This document shows, in pieces, positions 47,895 through 57,250 of a stretch of 64,000 nucleotides of DNA. The notes beneath the pieces were generated by a model. The model had not been told where the DNA came from. It searched no databases and was given only the letters and a program-made list of their open reading frames with translations. The stretch is taken from assembly GCA_041661645.1 (NCBI GenBank), contig JBAZUA010000003.1:22841-86840 (forward strand), written 5' to 3'. This DNA comes from Minisyncoccota bacterium. Its GTDB lineage: Bacteria > Patescibacteriota > Minisyncoccia > Phycocordibacterales > UBA6065. Position 1 is the first letter of the stretch. Each line of letters starts with the position of its first letter. The position numbers and the translations under genes were made by a program.

Positions 47895-47971
47895 TTAAAA
47901 TGTGGAAATACAAATTGTTCAATCATCCATTTTTTTAAACACAGTTCTAACAACCTTCACCACGGCACCCA
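47895..47971. repeat. att-like repeat family A copy 7 (long form)
   Basis: aaacacagttctaacaaccttcaccacggcaccca. Confidence 0.85.
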
Positions 47972-48056
47972 ATTTATAATTAGCGGTCTCTAGCCCTTCA
48001 TTTAGGGAGTTAATATAAACCCTATTTCAGTGGGGAATGGCCTTGCTTCTTTAGTG

Positions 48057-48085
48057 TTGACAGATAGCTAATCTGGGTGTATAAT
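48057..48085 (+). promoter_or_regulatory. Consensus sigma70 promoter inside cassette
   Basis: TTGACA-17 nt-TATAAT. Confidence 0.7.
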
Positions 48086-48176
48086 ATTAAGCAAGTGGCT
48101 CTTTAAAAGAACCTTTGGGTTATTGGAGAAAAAATATGAGGCATGACGCTTCGTATGTTTTCTCACACTAACTCAA

Positions 48177-48650
48177 ATGCAAATTAATATCCCAGTTAAA
48201 GTTACGTCCGTAGAGACCTTCGGTCAAATCACCATAATCGGAGGTCAAAGCGATCTCACCGTCAGTGATTATGATTTTGAGCCTGGAAAGCATAATCGTG
48301 TCGAATATGGACGCTTTCAACATCCGTCTGGCCCAGTGACTTATGATGTGTGCGTCTTCGACTTCCACCCCGGCGTCTTCTGTGTCGGTGGGGCGATACT
48401 CTCTATTGAGTCTGCTGGATGGCAAGTTGCAGATTACACGCATCTGGTTCATTGGCTCAAGGGCAACAACAAGGATGCTTTCGGAGAGAAAGCGGTAGTT
48501 GCGCTCGGCTCGGCCAGTTCGGGTTTTGGCGGATCGACTTTTTATCCCTCGACTAAGATGAGTGGGAATAAAAAGCGGAGAATTTATCCGATTGAATTCC
48601 TATCAGGTATTCAAAACGAACGCATCCTCGCCGTTAGGCCGGTAATCTAG
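48177..48650 (+). CDS. Hypothetical protein resembling the DGR target family
   Basis: VVALGS...RR...RILAVR parallels IVALGS...RR...RFLAVR of 24154..24732. Confidence 0.65.
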   Translation: MQINIPVKVTSVETFGQITIIGGQSDLTVSDYDFEPGKHNRVEYGRFQHPSGPVTYDVCVFDFHPGVFCVGGAILSIESAGWQVADYTHLVHWLKGNNKDAFGEKAVVALGSASSGFGGSTFYPSTKMSGNKKRRIYPIEFLSGIQNERILAVRPVI

Positions 48651-48822
48651 ACATCCACCAAGTCATTTAAGACAGCCCTCTCACAAGGGGGCTGTTTTTT
48701 CATGCAGGGAATGTTTATGGATGTGTTTATAAACATCCCTGACATTCGACCCAACATTAACTTTTTTCATTTGGTTTAATAACCACAAGGATTTTTCAGT
48801 TCTAACCTGGTAGACTTGATAT

Positions 48823-49728
48823 ATGAAAAATACACAAAATGGTTTTATTGTTCCATTTTCAATAGCCATTATTGGGGTATTGCTAGTAGGAGGGGGTGTT
48901 TATGTTTATCAAAAGAAAGCACCCCACCAACAAAACACGAAAGAAAATTCCGATACTGTGGTAGCAACATCTACTAAAACCAATGACGTTGGTGTGATAT
49001 CAACAAGTACAAAAAGCATGCCAAAAACGTCTTTGTCTCCAAAACCAAAATTCGATCCGTATGCACCAATGATCAGGCCTATCCCTGGTATCCACGGAAT
49101 GGAAACCGAAGATCTTACAAATCTTAAGTATCCCGATTGTTCAGCAGCGAGTACGCGCTCTGAGTATCACCCTGGACCAATTAATCTTACATCTAAAACT
49201 GGATTAATTGTTCAAGAGGAAAAGAATTACTATAACGTTAATGGTACAAATGAGTCACAGATATATTATGAGATATGGAATTGCACCATTCCAGTACGTG
49301 ATATGAATAATGGTGCCGACGCTATTACAGAAAGTTATTTAAATTACGATTTTAAATACGATACGATTAATAACAAGGTTTGCGGTATAAATAATGTAAC
49401 TGTTGGCGTCCATGTATCATATTTACTCCCTCGATGGATTTATGCGAAAGAGGCATCTGGGCCATTACTGAATATATGGAATACATATTTCGTTGCAATA
49501 CAAAAACATGAAGAACACCACGGTTCTATAGCGAAAGAATACGGCAACAAACTATATCTGTATCTGAGTGAATTATCTGCAAGTAAAGCTTGTGTGCCGT
49601 CTTTAGATTCAGTTGAGAGTAAGTTTAATGACACGATTAATGAACTTGATGCTGCCCAAGCGAAATACGATCTAGAGGTAGATCACGGAGTTAAGGAAGG
49701 CGTTTTTTCTCCTTTTGATAACATTTGA
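48823..49728 (+). CDS. Secreted DUF922-like putative Zn metalloprotease with pilin-like leader
   Basis: QNGF + hydrophobic leader; YYNVNG, LPRW, HEEHH, Q..YD...DHG..EG. Confidence 0.75.
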   Translation: MKNTQNGFIVPFSIAIIGVLLVGGGVYVYQKKAPHQQNTKENSDTVVATSTKTNDVGVISTSTKSMPKTSLSPKPKFDPYAPMIRPIPGIHGMETEDLTNLKYPDCSAASTRSEYHPGPINLTSKTGLIVQEEKNYYNVNGTNESQIYYEIWNCTIPVRDMNNGADAITESYLNYDFKYDTINNKVCGINNVTVGVHVSYLLPRWIYAKEASGPLLNIWNTYFVAIQKHEEHHGSIAKEYGNKLYLYLSELSASKACVPSLDSVESKFNDTINELDAAQAKYDLEVDHGVKEGVFSPFDNI

Positions 49729-49761
49729 TCTCGAGTCTGTGTGGTGAATTCGGGTATGATG

Positions 49762-49832
49762 AAATTAGGAATGAGAATCGTCACATCATCCTTCCTCTCA
49801 AACACGGTTCTAACATCCTCCACCACGGCACA
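49762..49832. repeat. att-like repeat family A copy 8 (long form)
   Basis: ctcaaacacggttctaacatcctccaccacggcac. Confidence 0.83.
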
Positions 49833-49860
49833 TCGATTTTGACTCTGTTATACTTCAGGC

Positions 49861-50217
49861 ATGCTGTTTGATGCAATACTTTATTTTGTAGTAGGAGGGG
49901 CATTCACCGCCCTTATTGTTCTCTTGGAAGAAAGCGGGTTCAGGCTCCTCTCTGGGCTTGCTGCTTTGGTTCCGGTCTTTACCCTCATTTCATATATTTT
50001 CATTGGTGAATCCAGGGGCGGATATGCCGTCGGTCAGCATTCTAAGCTTGTCTTGCTCGGGACGCTTGTCTCGTGGGTGCCATATATGATTGTCGTCGCA
50101 TATCTCTCTCCGAGGATCGGACCGCACAAGGCGATCGCTATCGGCATGGGCGTATTTTTCGTGTTGGCCACGGCCTTCCTGCTCATCGTCGCTCGATATG
50201 GCCTTTTTCAGGAATAG
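49861..50217 (+). CDS. Small four-TM membrane protein (GlpM/DUF3147-like)
   Basis: LSGLAALVPVFTLISY. Confidence 0.7.
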   Translation: MLFDAILYFVVGGAFTALIVLLEESGFRLLSGLAALVPVFTLISYIFIGESRGGYAVGQHSKLVLLGTLVSWVPYMIVVAYLSPRIGPHKAIAIGMGVFFVLATAFLLIVARYGLFQE

Positions 50218-50479
50218 ACCATCGCCATCAAATCCGGTTTTCCTTTAATTCCCGGTCTTGCCCGTGGTCGCGCCCGCTCGCTTGACTCCCGTTTCGGTAT
50301 CATGTAACATTCAAACATACATTTGAATGTATCCGCGTACTCGAGCCGATCGTTCTCGGGTACCCGGCTTCGGGTCACCTTTTGGCTGTTCTGTGTATTG
50401 GGATAATCACGCTCCTTACGGCGATAACCGGTTTTTGCCCATCATATAGACCCTTCGGTTCCTCGATAAAGAAACATCC

Positions 50480-50926
50480 ATGCCTTCTCATCACCAAGTG
50501 AATATGTCTGAAACTAAAAATAGCCTTCGAGGCAAGACCTTCGCGGGTTTTGGTGCCGTTGCGCTTGTCGCCGCTCTGTTGTTTTTGGTAAGTAGTTTTA
50601 GCGGTCCATCATCTGGCTATAACACAACACTCGGTTCCCAAGAATTTATATCGAGATACAGGGCCACTCCGAACGCCGAGCTTGTGGATGTTCGAACTCC
50701 AGCTGAGTTTGATTCGGGGCACATTGCCGGAGCGGTTGACATTGATTTTGAGGGACCGGGTTTTGAGGCGGCGGTCAAAGCGCTTGATCGGTCAAAGACG
50801 TATTTCGTCTATTGTCATTCTGGAAATAGATCAGGAAAAGCGACGGCTGTCATGCGACAAGAGGGTATCGCCCACATATATCAGTTGCAGGGCGGCGTCG
50901 CTTCCGCTTCGGCGCTAGTACGATAA
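50480..50926 (+). CDS. Rhodanese-like protein with N-terminal TM
   Basis: DVRTPAEFDSGHIAGA, YCHSGNRS. Confidence 0.9.
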   Translation: MPSHHQVNMSETKNSLRGKTFAGFGAVALVAALLFLVSSFSGPSSGYNTTLGSQEFISRYRATPNAELVDVRTPAEFDSGHIAGAVDIDFEGPGFEAAVKALDRSKTYFVYCHSGNRSGKATAVMRQEGIAHIYQLQGGVASASALVR

Positions 50927-50948
50927 ACGCATGCATATAAATGTTTGT

Positions 50949-51254
50949 ATGAAAGAACAAATTAAACAAAACAAAGTAGAGTCGCTGGCAAAAAAGCTTT
51001 TGATTGCCGGAGACTCGACGAGGCTCAAGATCCTATGCGTTATTTTTGATGATAGGAAAGCGTGCGTGTCAGAGATAGCCAAGAGGCTTGATATGGGCGT
51101 CGCCATCGTGTCGCACCACCTGCAGTCTCTGGCAAAGGCGGGGTTTCTTGAATCAAATCGAGAGGGAAGGCAGATTTGCTACTCACTTCTCAGGTCACGG
51201 TTCAATAGCGACCTGAAGGAGTTTATCTGTCGAAATAAGCAGAAAAACACATGA
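50949..51254 (+). CDS. ArsR/SmtB family regulator
   Basis: GDSTRLKIL, CVSEIA, VSHHL, REGRQICYSL. Confidence 0.9.
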   Translation: MKEQIKQNKVESLAKKLLIAGDSTRLKILCVIFDDRKACVSEIAKRLDMGVAIVSHHLQSLAKAGFLESNREGRQICYSLLRSRFNSDLKEFICRNKQKNT

Positions 51255-51377
51255 ACGCGACAGGGGTGTCACAAGTTATGGGTCGCCGTCGGTGACAAGG
51301 GGCGGGCGGTAAAGATGGTCAGGGGGTGTCAGCCGGAAGGATTCAGAAAGTCACTATCAAAATAATTAACACAAAAT

Positions 51378-51707
51378 ATGTCCAAAGTCTTAAACATCAA
51401 TGCGGATCAATTCGAAAAAGAGGTGATTCAATCCAAAGTCCCTGTTCTTGTTGATTTTTGGGCGCCTTGGTGCACGCCGTGCAAGATGATGGGCCCGGTT
51501 CTTGACGAGGTGGCAAAAGATGTGGGGGAGAAGGCGGGGGTCATAAAAATCGACGTCAATGATTCGCAAAACATCGCCCTCGCCCAGATGTTTCAAATTA
51601 TGAGCATACCAAGCATGAAGATATTCAAAGGCGGTGAAGTCGTGGGGGAGTATGTCGGCATGAGGTCAAAAGAAGATCTCGTCGATGGGCTCAGGGAGAA
51701 TATGTAG
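51378..51707 (+). CDS. trxA: Thioredoxin
   Basis: VDFWAPWCTPCK, IMSIP. Confidence 0.93.
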   Translation: MSKVLNINADQFEKEVIQSKVPVLVDFWAPWCTPCKMMGPVLDEVAKDVGEKAGVIKIDVNDSQNIALAQMFQIMSIPSMKIFKGGEVVGEYVGMRSKEDLVDGLRENM

Positions 51708-51903
51708 GCTTAAGTGATGTTCCTTGGTGGGATAGAGGAATACGGCATGAACAAGTGAAATCGCGATAATCGAAGGCCGTTTCTGAGGAGAGATACCCCA
51801 AAGAGGCCAAGGAAAGAAAATACGCGCCCTCGTTGTATTAGGGGTGTGAGGGTTGAAAGATGTAAAAATCAATTTTTCCTTCGTAACTCTAAATAAAAAC
51901 AAA

Positions 51904-52290
51904 ATGAAAAAAATAACATTAGGACTAGGGATATCGGCGGCTATCTTGGGAGTGACGGCTGTCTCTGCTGGGTCCGCCCTCGCGTATAGAGGCGATCCTA
52001 CGGCACAGGGCCCAAATTATTCGACAGAGCGCCATTCTGCGATGGTGAGGGCGCTTGAGGCTGGTGACTACGGCGCCTGGAAGAGTCTCGTGCAAAATCG
52101 AGGTAGGGTTGCCCAAGTCATTACCAAGGGAGACTTTTCGAAGTTTGTGGAGGCACACAACCTTGCCCTGCAGGGTAAAACGCTTGAGGCTCAGAAGATT
52201 CGTCAGGGACTTGGATTGGGCCTGCAGAATGGTTCCGCAAGGACCAGCGGCGGCATGATGGGGCGGATGGGCGGGAATTTCAATCGTTAA
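51904..52290 (+). CDS. Secreted hypothetical protein
   Basis: Signal peptide (..SALA), DYGAWK, G/M-rich tail. Confidence 0.7.
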   Translation: MKKITLGLGISAAILGVTAVSAGSALAYRGDPTAQGPNYSTERHSAMVRALEAGDYGAWKSLVQNRGRVAQVITKGDFSKFVEAHNLALQGKTLEAQKIRQGLGLGLQNGSARTSGGMMGRMGGNFNR

Positions 52291-52369
52291 TTGGAACGGG
52301 TCAATGGTCAAGCTCCGGCATTCGTCGGAGTTTGATGTACCCATGAGGGATGTGGGATAAAATACACGT

Positions 52370-52912
52370 ATGAGTGAGACCTTAAAGTTTACCGATGAAG
52401 AGATCGTCGAAAAAGTTCGCTCAGGTGATCGGGATCTCTATGCGATCATAATTGAGAGATATAAAGACAAGTTATTGAGATATGCGGCAAATATGCTGCG
52501 GGATAATGATAGGGCGGTTAATCTTGTCCAGGATTCCCTGGTAAAGGCATATATAAATCTCAATGGCTTTAATACCCAAAAGAAGTTTTCCAGCTGGATA
52601 TACCGCATCGTTCACAACGAGGCGATCAACTTGATAAAGAAGCGTCAAAAGGAAATACCGATACCGGACAGCTTTGACTTTGAAAGTGAACAGGATATTA
52701 CAAAAGAGTTTGAGGAGAAGGAGACGGCGATATATGTGGAGAAGTGTTTGGGTGCTATGCCGCTTATATATTCTGAGCCGTTGAGCTTATATTATTTAGA
52801 TGAGAAGTCCTACGCTGAAATAGGTGAGATTCTCAGGATTCCGATTGGTACGGTCGCGACAAGGATGAGCAGAGCGAAAAAATTAATGAAACACATATGT
52901 CAAAAGAATTAA
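52370..52912 (+). CDS. ECF RNA polymerase sigma factor
   Basis: LVQD, FSSWIYRIVHN, SYAEIGEILRIPIGTVATRMSRAK. Confidence 0.92.
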   Translation: MSETLKFTDEEIVEKVRSGDRDLYAIIIERYKDKLLRYAANMLRDNDRAVNLVQDSLVKAYINLNGFNTQKKFSSWIYRIVHNEAINLIKKRQKEIPIPDSFDFESEQDITKEFEEKETAIYVEKCLGAMPLIYSEPLSLYYLDEKSYAEIGEILRIPIGTVATRMSRAKKLMKHICQKN

Positions 52913-53403
52913 AAGACATCACGGACGATATCATGGGTCAGATCCACGACAGGAAGATAAAGATGCGTCCCAGAATGTGTTTCATTGCCGGTTCAATACT
53001 TACCTTTGTGGGACTTGTCTCCTCGGTTGTGGTTTCTGTTTTCCTGGTCGGGCTTATACGCTTCTCGCTCCGATCGCACGGGCCGATGGCTGGCTATAGA
53101 TTGAATCAGGTGCTTTTCAGTTTTCCGTGGTGGGCCCCTGCGCTCGCCCTTGTTGGGCTGGTTGTTGGGATATGGCTTCTTCGCAAGTACGATTTTTCTT
53201 TTAAGGTAAACTTCAGGGTTATAATCGCCGGATTTGTCTTGGCGGTAATTGCTGCTGGTTGGATCATTGATGGTATTGGCTTGAATGATCTCTTGGTACG
53301 GCGCGGCCCAATGCAGGGCATGATGCGGCAATATGTGCAGGATAATAATCCTCAAGGCATGCGAGGCGGTGGTCAAGGTTGGGGTACGAATAGGGGAAAT
53401 TGA
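52897..53403 (+). CDS. Membrane protein, putative anti-sigma factor
   Basis: Overlaps sigma gene stop; three TM segments. Confidence 0.65.
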   Translation: MSKELKDITDDIMGQIHDRKIKMRPRMCFIAGSILTFVGLVSSVVVSVFLVGLIRFSLRSHGPMAGYRLNQVLFSFPWWAPALALVGLVVGIWLLRKYDFSFKVNFRVIIAGFVLAVIAAGWIIDGIGLNDLLVRRGPMQGMMRQYVQDNNPQGMRGGGQGWGTNRGN

Positions 53404-53499
53404 TCTCAGTCGGGAATTGTCTGGGTACGGTGGATCGTGGTATGTCTACGTTAAAACCCAGTACCCGACCCAAAGGATTTTTTTGCTATACTCTGAATC

Positions 53500-55083
53500 A
53501 TGTCTTTGACCGAAGAATCGAAAATGTACCTCGTCGGCGGCGGCATCGCATCGTTGTCCGCGGCCGTGTATCTCATAAGGGATGCGAAGGTGAAAGGATC
53601 CAACATTCACATTCTGGAGGAGTCTCAGGGGATCGGTGGCAGCCTCGACGCCAAAGACCTTTCCTCGTCTGAGGGCTATTCGATGCGGGGAATCAGGATG
53701 TTTGAGGAAAAGACCTATAACTGCCTGTTCGACCTCATGGCGTCCATCCCGTCTCTCAATGCCCCGGGAAAGACTCTGCGACAGGAGTTTGTGGACTACA
53801 ACAGACAGAACAAGACCTACTCAAAGGCAAGGCTTCTCAGGGCCGGAAATGCAATCGACGGAAGACCCTTGGGGCTAAGTGCCGGGGATCGACTCAACCT
53901 CCTTGGCCTGGTCCTCAGGCGGGAGTCCTCTCTGGAGGGTATGGAGATAGGGCGATATTTCACCGCCTCCTTTTTCCGTTCCAATTTCTGGTATGAGTTC
54001 TGCACCGTGTTCGCGTTTCAGCCGTGGCACAGCCTGACGGAGTTCAGGAGATATCTTTTCCGATTCATTCAGGATTTCTCGAGCATCGACACTCTGAAGA
54101 GCATAGAGAGCTCGCCCTACAATCAGCACGAGTTTCTCGTGCTGCCGATCGTCGATTGGCTGAAGCGGGAGGGTGTGACGTTCGCGACCGGCACCAGGGT
54201 TACTGACCTTGAACTCATCTCGACTGCACATGAAAAGAGGGTGGGGTGCATTCATTACGAAAGAGAGGGAAAGGCGGGCAAGATCGCCCTTGGCGATGAT
54301 TTCGTGTTCGTGACCCTCGGCTCGCTCGTCGCGAATTCGAGCACGGGTTCGATGAGTGCGGCACCCTTGTCGAATCTCGACAGGAAGGATGCGTCGTGGG
54401 CCCTGTGGGAGAACCTCTCGAAGGGCCGACCCGAGTTCGGCAGGCCTTCCGTCTTCAGCGGCGACGTCGAGAAATCGACGTGGACATCCTTTACCGTCAC
54501 GTTTCGCGACCCGCTCTTTTTGGATCTCATGGACAGGTTCATCCACAGGGATGTGAATGCCTATGGGGGAGTGAACATCATTGACTCGAACTGGCTCATC
54601 TCCATCGTGCTGTCCTACAAGCCTTATTTTATCAATCAGCCGGAAGGCGTTAGTTTGTGCTGGGGCTACGGATTGCTTTCTGAGCAGAAGGGAAACTTTG
54701 TCCAAAAGAAAATGTTGGAATGCACCGGAAAAGAGATTCTCACCGAACTGCTGTGCCATCTTGGTTTTGAGGAGCACCTTGAGGCGATCATGAAGAGTGC
54801 CGTGTGCATTCCGTGCACGACCCCGTTCGTGACGAGCCTGTTTCTGCCCAGGAAGAGATCTGACAGGCCTTTGGTCGTGCCAGAGGGCGCCGCGAACTTC
54901 GCTTTTCTGGGCCAATACTGTGAGATCCCGCACGAGGTGGTGTTCACTGTCGAGCACTCCGTGCGCTCTGCCCAGATTGCCGTCTATTCGCTTCTTGGTC
55001 TGAATAAGAAGGTTGCCCCGATCTATAGGGGAGTCCGACACGTCAGCATCCTCTATCAGGCCATGAGAACCCTGCTTAGATAG
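53500..55083 (+). CDS. Oleate hydratase (MCRA family)
   Basis: VGGGIASLSAAVYLIRD, GGSLD, MRGIRM, YNQ, FLGQYCE, VFTVEHSVRSA. Confidence 0.92.
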   Translation: MSLTEESKMYLVGGGIASLSAAVYLIRDAKVKGSNIHILEESQGIGGSLDAKDLSSSEGYSMRGIRMFEEKTYNCLFDLMASIPSLNAPGKTLRQEFVDYNRQNKTYSKARLLRAGNAIDGRPLGLSAGDRLNLLGLVLRRESSLEGMEIGRYFTASFFRSNFWYEFCTVFAFQPWHSLTEFRRYLFRFIQDFSSIDTLKSIESSPYNQHEFLVLPIVDWLKREGVTFATGTRVTDLELISTAHEKRVGCIHYEREGKAGKIALGDDFVFVTLGSLVANSSTGSMSAAPLSNLDRKDASWALWENLSKGRPEFGRPSVFSGDVEKSTWTSFTVTFRDPLFLDLMDRFIHRDVNAYGGVNIIDSNWLISIVLSYKPYFINQPEGVSLCWGYGLLSEQKGNFVQKKMLECTGKEILTELLCHLGFEEHLEAIMKSAVCIPCTTPFVTSLFLPRKRSDRPLVVPEGAANFAFLGQYCEIPHEVVFTVEHSVRSAQIAVYSLLGLNKKVAPIYRGVRHVSILYQAMRTLLR

Positions 55084-55150
55084 GGGGTCAGCGGGGAATG
55101 AAAAACAGCCCGCGCACTGGTTGTGTGCGGGCTGTTGCTGGTTTCACTTG

Positions 55151-55807
55151 CTAGTCGAGACGATGCAGTTCCGGGGCGACGATAGATTTGGCACTCTTGC
55201 CGTCCCACGATATGCGTCCGCACACCACGTGGTTGGTGATGATTGCCTGCCACTTGTGCTCGGCCCGGTTCACCTTCGCCGCGATGCTGTCGGGCGTGTC
55301 GTCGGGGAGTATCCGCACCTTCTTGCGAAAGAACACCCCGACCTCCGAGTCGTATTCGGACGTGACGAAATGCATCGTCACCCCCGTGTGGGTGATCTCG
55401 CCGCGTCTGTATGCCGCGATGACCGCCTCGTGGACATGATGCCCGTGGAATCCCTTGCCGCAGAACGGCGAGGGGATGAGGGCCGGATGGATGTTGAACG
55501 TCGTCCGGGGATCAAGTCCCTCGACCTGTCCGAGCCACCCCGAGAGCGCCACGAAGTCGGCCCGGGTCTCCTGGACGATTCGCCGGTAGTCCTCCGAGGT
55601 GCGACCCTTGGGGGAGTGGATGAACGGGATGCCGAACCTGTCCGCCCGCTTTCTGACCCCACCGTCCTGGTGGTTCGAGACTACTGCCACGATGGGCGAG
55701 CAAAGCATTCCGTTTTCTGTGGCGAGAACGAGCTTTTCGAAGCCCGATCCGCCGCCGTCCTGGCTTCCTGACGCGAACACGATCAGTCTGGGTGGTGTGC
55801 CTTGCAT
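55151..55807 (-). CDS. purN: Phosphoribosylglycinamide formyltransferase-like
   Basis: VFASG..GSG, NIHPAL, HVHEAV, TGVTMHFV...YD. Confidence 0.8.
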   Translation of the reverse strand: MQGTPPRLIVFASGSQDGGGSGFEKLVLATENGMLCSPIVAVVSNHQDGGVRKRADRFGIPFIHSPKGRTSEDYRRIVQETRADFVALSGWLGQVEGLDPRTTFNIHPALIPSPFCGKGFHGHHVHEAVIAAYRRGEITHTGVTMHFVTSEYDSEVGVFFRKKVRILPDDTPDSIAAKVNRAEHKWQAIITNHVVCGRISWDGKSAKSIVAPELHRLD

Positions 55808-56186
55808 GGTATTGGGTGTGTTGAGGTTGCGATTCTCTGGTCAGACTAGCCGAAGAGGGCCTGAAAATCAACAGGGCGAGGTGGGAGGAGATCAAGGGGT
55901 CGAAGTCTTGCTAGCGGGGAGGAGGGTATTTCAATTCAGGGTGCGTTTGTAAAACAACCGCACCTTTTTTGTTTATTGATAACCAACCTGATGACCTGCG
56001 TAAGGGGACGGTACACTTGACATGCTTGTACTAATAACGCAGTATAATTTTGGAATTGCTTTGATTTGGCGGCTGGGACGGGGATGGTTCATCGAACGTT
56101 GAAATTGGTTGGAGAAGCAAGGGAACATCTCGGCAAACTGGCATGAAGTCAGTCCCGGAATTCGTCCTTTAACTCCAACTAATTCC

Positions 56187-56597
56187 ATGAATCTTAAGAA
56201 AAATTGGCCAATCATCCTGGTCTTCGTTCTATCAATCATCAATCTGATTCTGCCGTCGGGTCTCCCGCATGTGCAACTCTTTTTTGGAATGATTTTTGGC
56301 TTTCTGGTCGGCAGGGTTCTGAATGCTTGGCACCAGCGCAAGGAAAGCAGTTTCGATTTCCGTCGAGAAAAGACGCAAGAGCTTTTGTTCTTGTGCTCGG
56401 CGCAGTTCAGTCAGGTGATCGCGGAACTGCTGACGCTCGAGACGGCGTCGGGAGAGGGGGTTTTGGACGCTCGACACAAGAAGAGGGTTGGTATAGTCAT
56501 CGAGGACTACGATGCCTTCACTCATGCCCTGCGCGACAGTTCCGGTCTGCCCGAGGAGTTGAGGCATCTAGCCAAGGTGTTTCCGCGCAAGGTTTAG
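56187..56597 (+). CDS. Hypothetical membrane protein
   Basis: Two TM segments, followed by a terminator hairpin. Confidence 0.55.
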   Translation: MNLKKNWPIILVFVLSIINLILPSGLPHVQLFFGMIFGFLVGRVLNAWHQRKESSFDFRREKTQELLFLCSAQFSQVIAELLTLETASGEGVLDARHKKRVGIVIEDYDAFTHALRDSSGLPEELRHLAKVFPRKV

Positions 56598-56891
56598 CCT
56601 CAGCAGTTTCTGTCTTTCAAAGCCCCCGCCTTCCGCGGGGGCTTTTTACTTGTCCTCAAGGGGACTCTCGTTGAGTTGACTGTTACATGTCGATGATGTA
56701 GTTTCAAAGAAAATGACCTTAAAGAAAACATCTGACAGACAGCTTGTGGCGCTCCTTTGCTCGATGGTGACAAACGAGTCCAAGGATCCCGCGTTCTACG
56801 TCATACATAAAAAACTCGGACTTCGAAAAAAAGTCGAGAGTGAAATATTGAGGAAAATGCGCCAGGGCCAATCATGCAAGTGATTGGCTTT

Positions 56892-56936
56892 TTATTTGCC
56901 CAAAGCGGTTCCGGCGTCCTCCACGACGGCACCCCA
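56892..56936. repeat. att-like repeat family A copy 9 (most diverged, distal)
   Basis: ttatttgcccaaagcggttccggcgtcctccacgacggcacccca. Confidence 0.78.
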
Positions 56937-57250
56937 AGAAACACGAATCTGTGGCAGTTGTCTCGTACCGTATGTTTAATAAAAATACCCAGCGATTGAT
57001 TCGCGGGGTATTTGCCTTTCGGTCCTCAGACTATGGAAGGTCCTCGTGCACCAGCCTGCCATCGACGCCCATGCCTTCCCGGAGGAGGCGCTGTATGATG
57101 AGCTGTTTGCGCATGCTTATCCGCGTCGGTCCGGGCTTCTTCGTGGTTTTCTGTGTTTTCTTTCTGGTATTCTTCATAGGGTGTGTGCTTGTCTCCGGTC
57201 CCATACTATGCGTTTCGGGCGCTTTTGCAACTCTGATATAATCCCATCAT

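Larger units (their letters stand above)
39952..56936. mobile_element. tRNA-His-anchored tandem cassette array
   Basis: Nine att-like repeats ending in the tRNA-His 3' sequence delimit cargo units of mixed GC content. Confidence 0.8.

Noticed and set aside
40738-56936. CRISPR array interpretation of the recurring ~30-bp repeat
   Set aside because: Intervals are 0.7-7 kb and contain genes, repeats are degenerate and non-palindromic, and there are no cas genes.
40738-56936. Classical integron attC sites
   Set aside because: No RYYYAAC...GTTRRRY inverted-repeat hairpin, no intI in the window, cassettes carry own promoters and some genes are inverted; repeats end in a tRNA 3' sequence instead.
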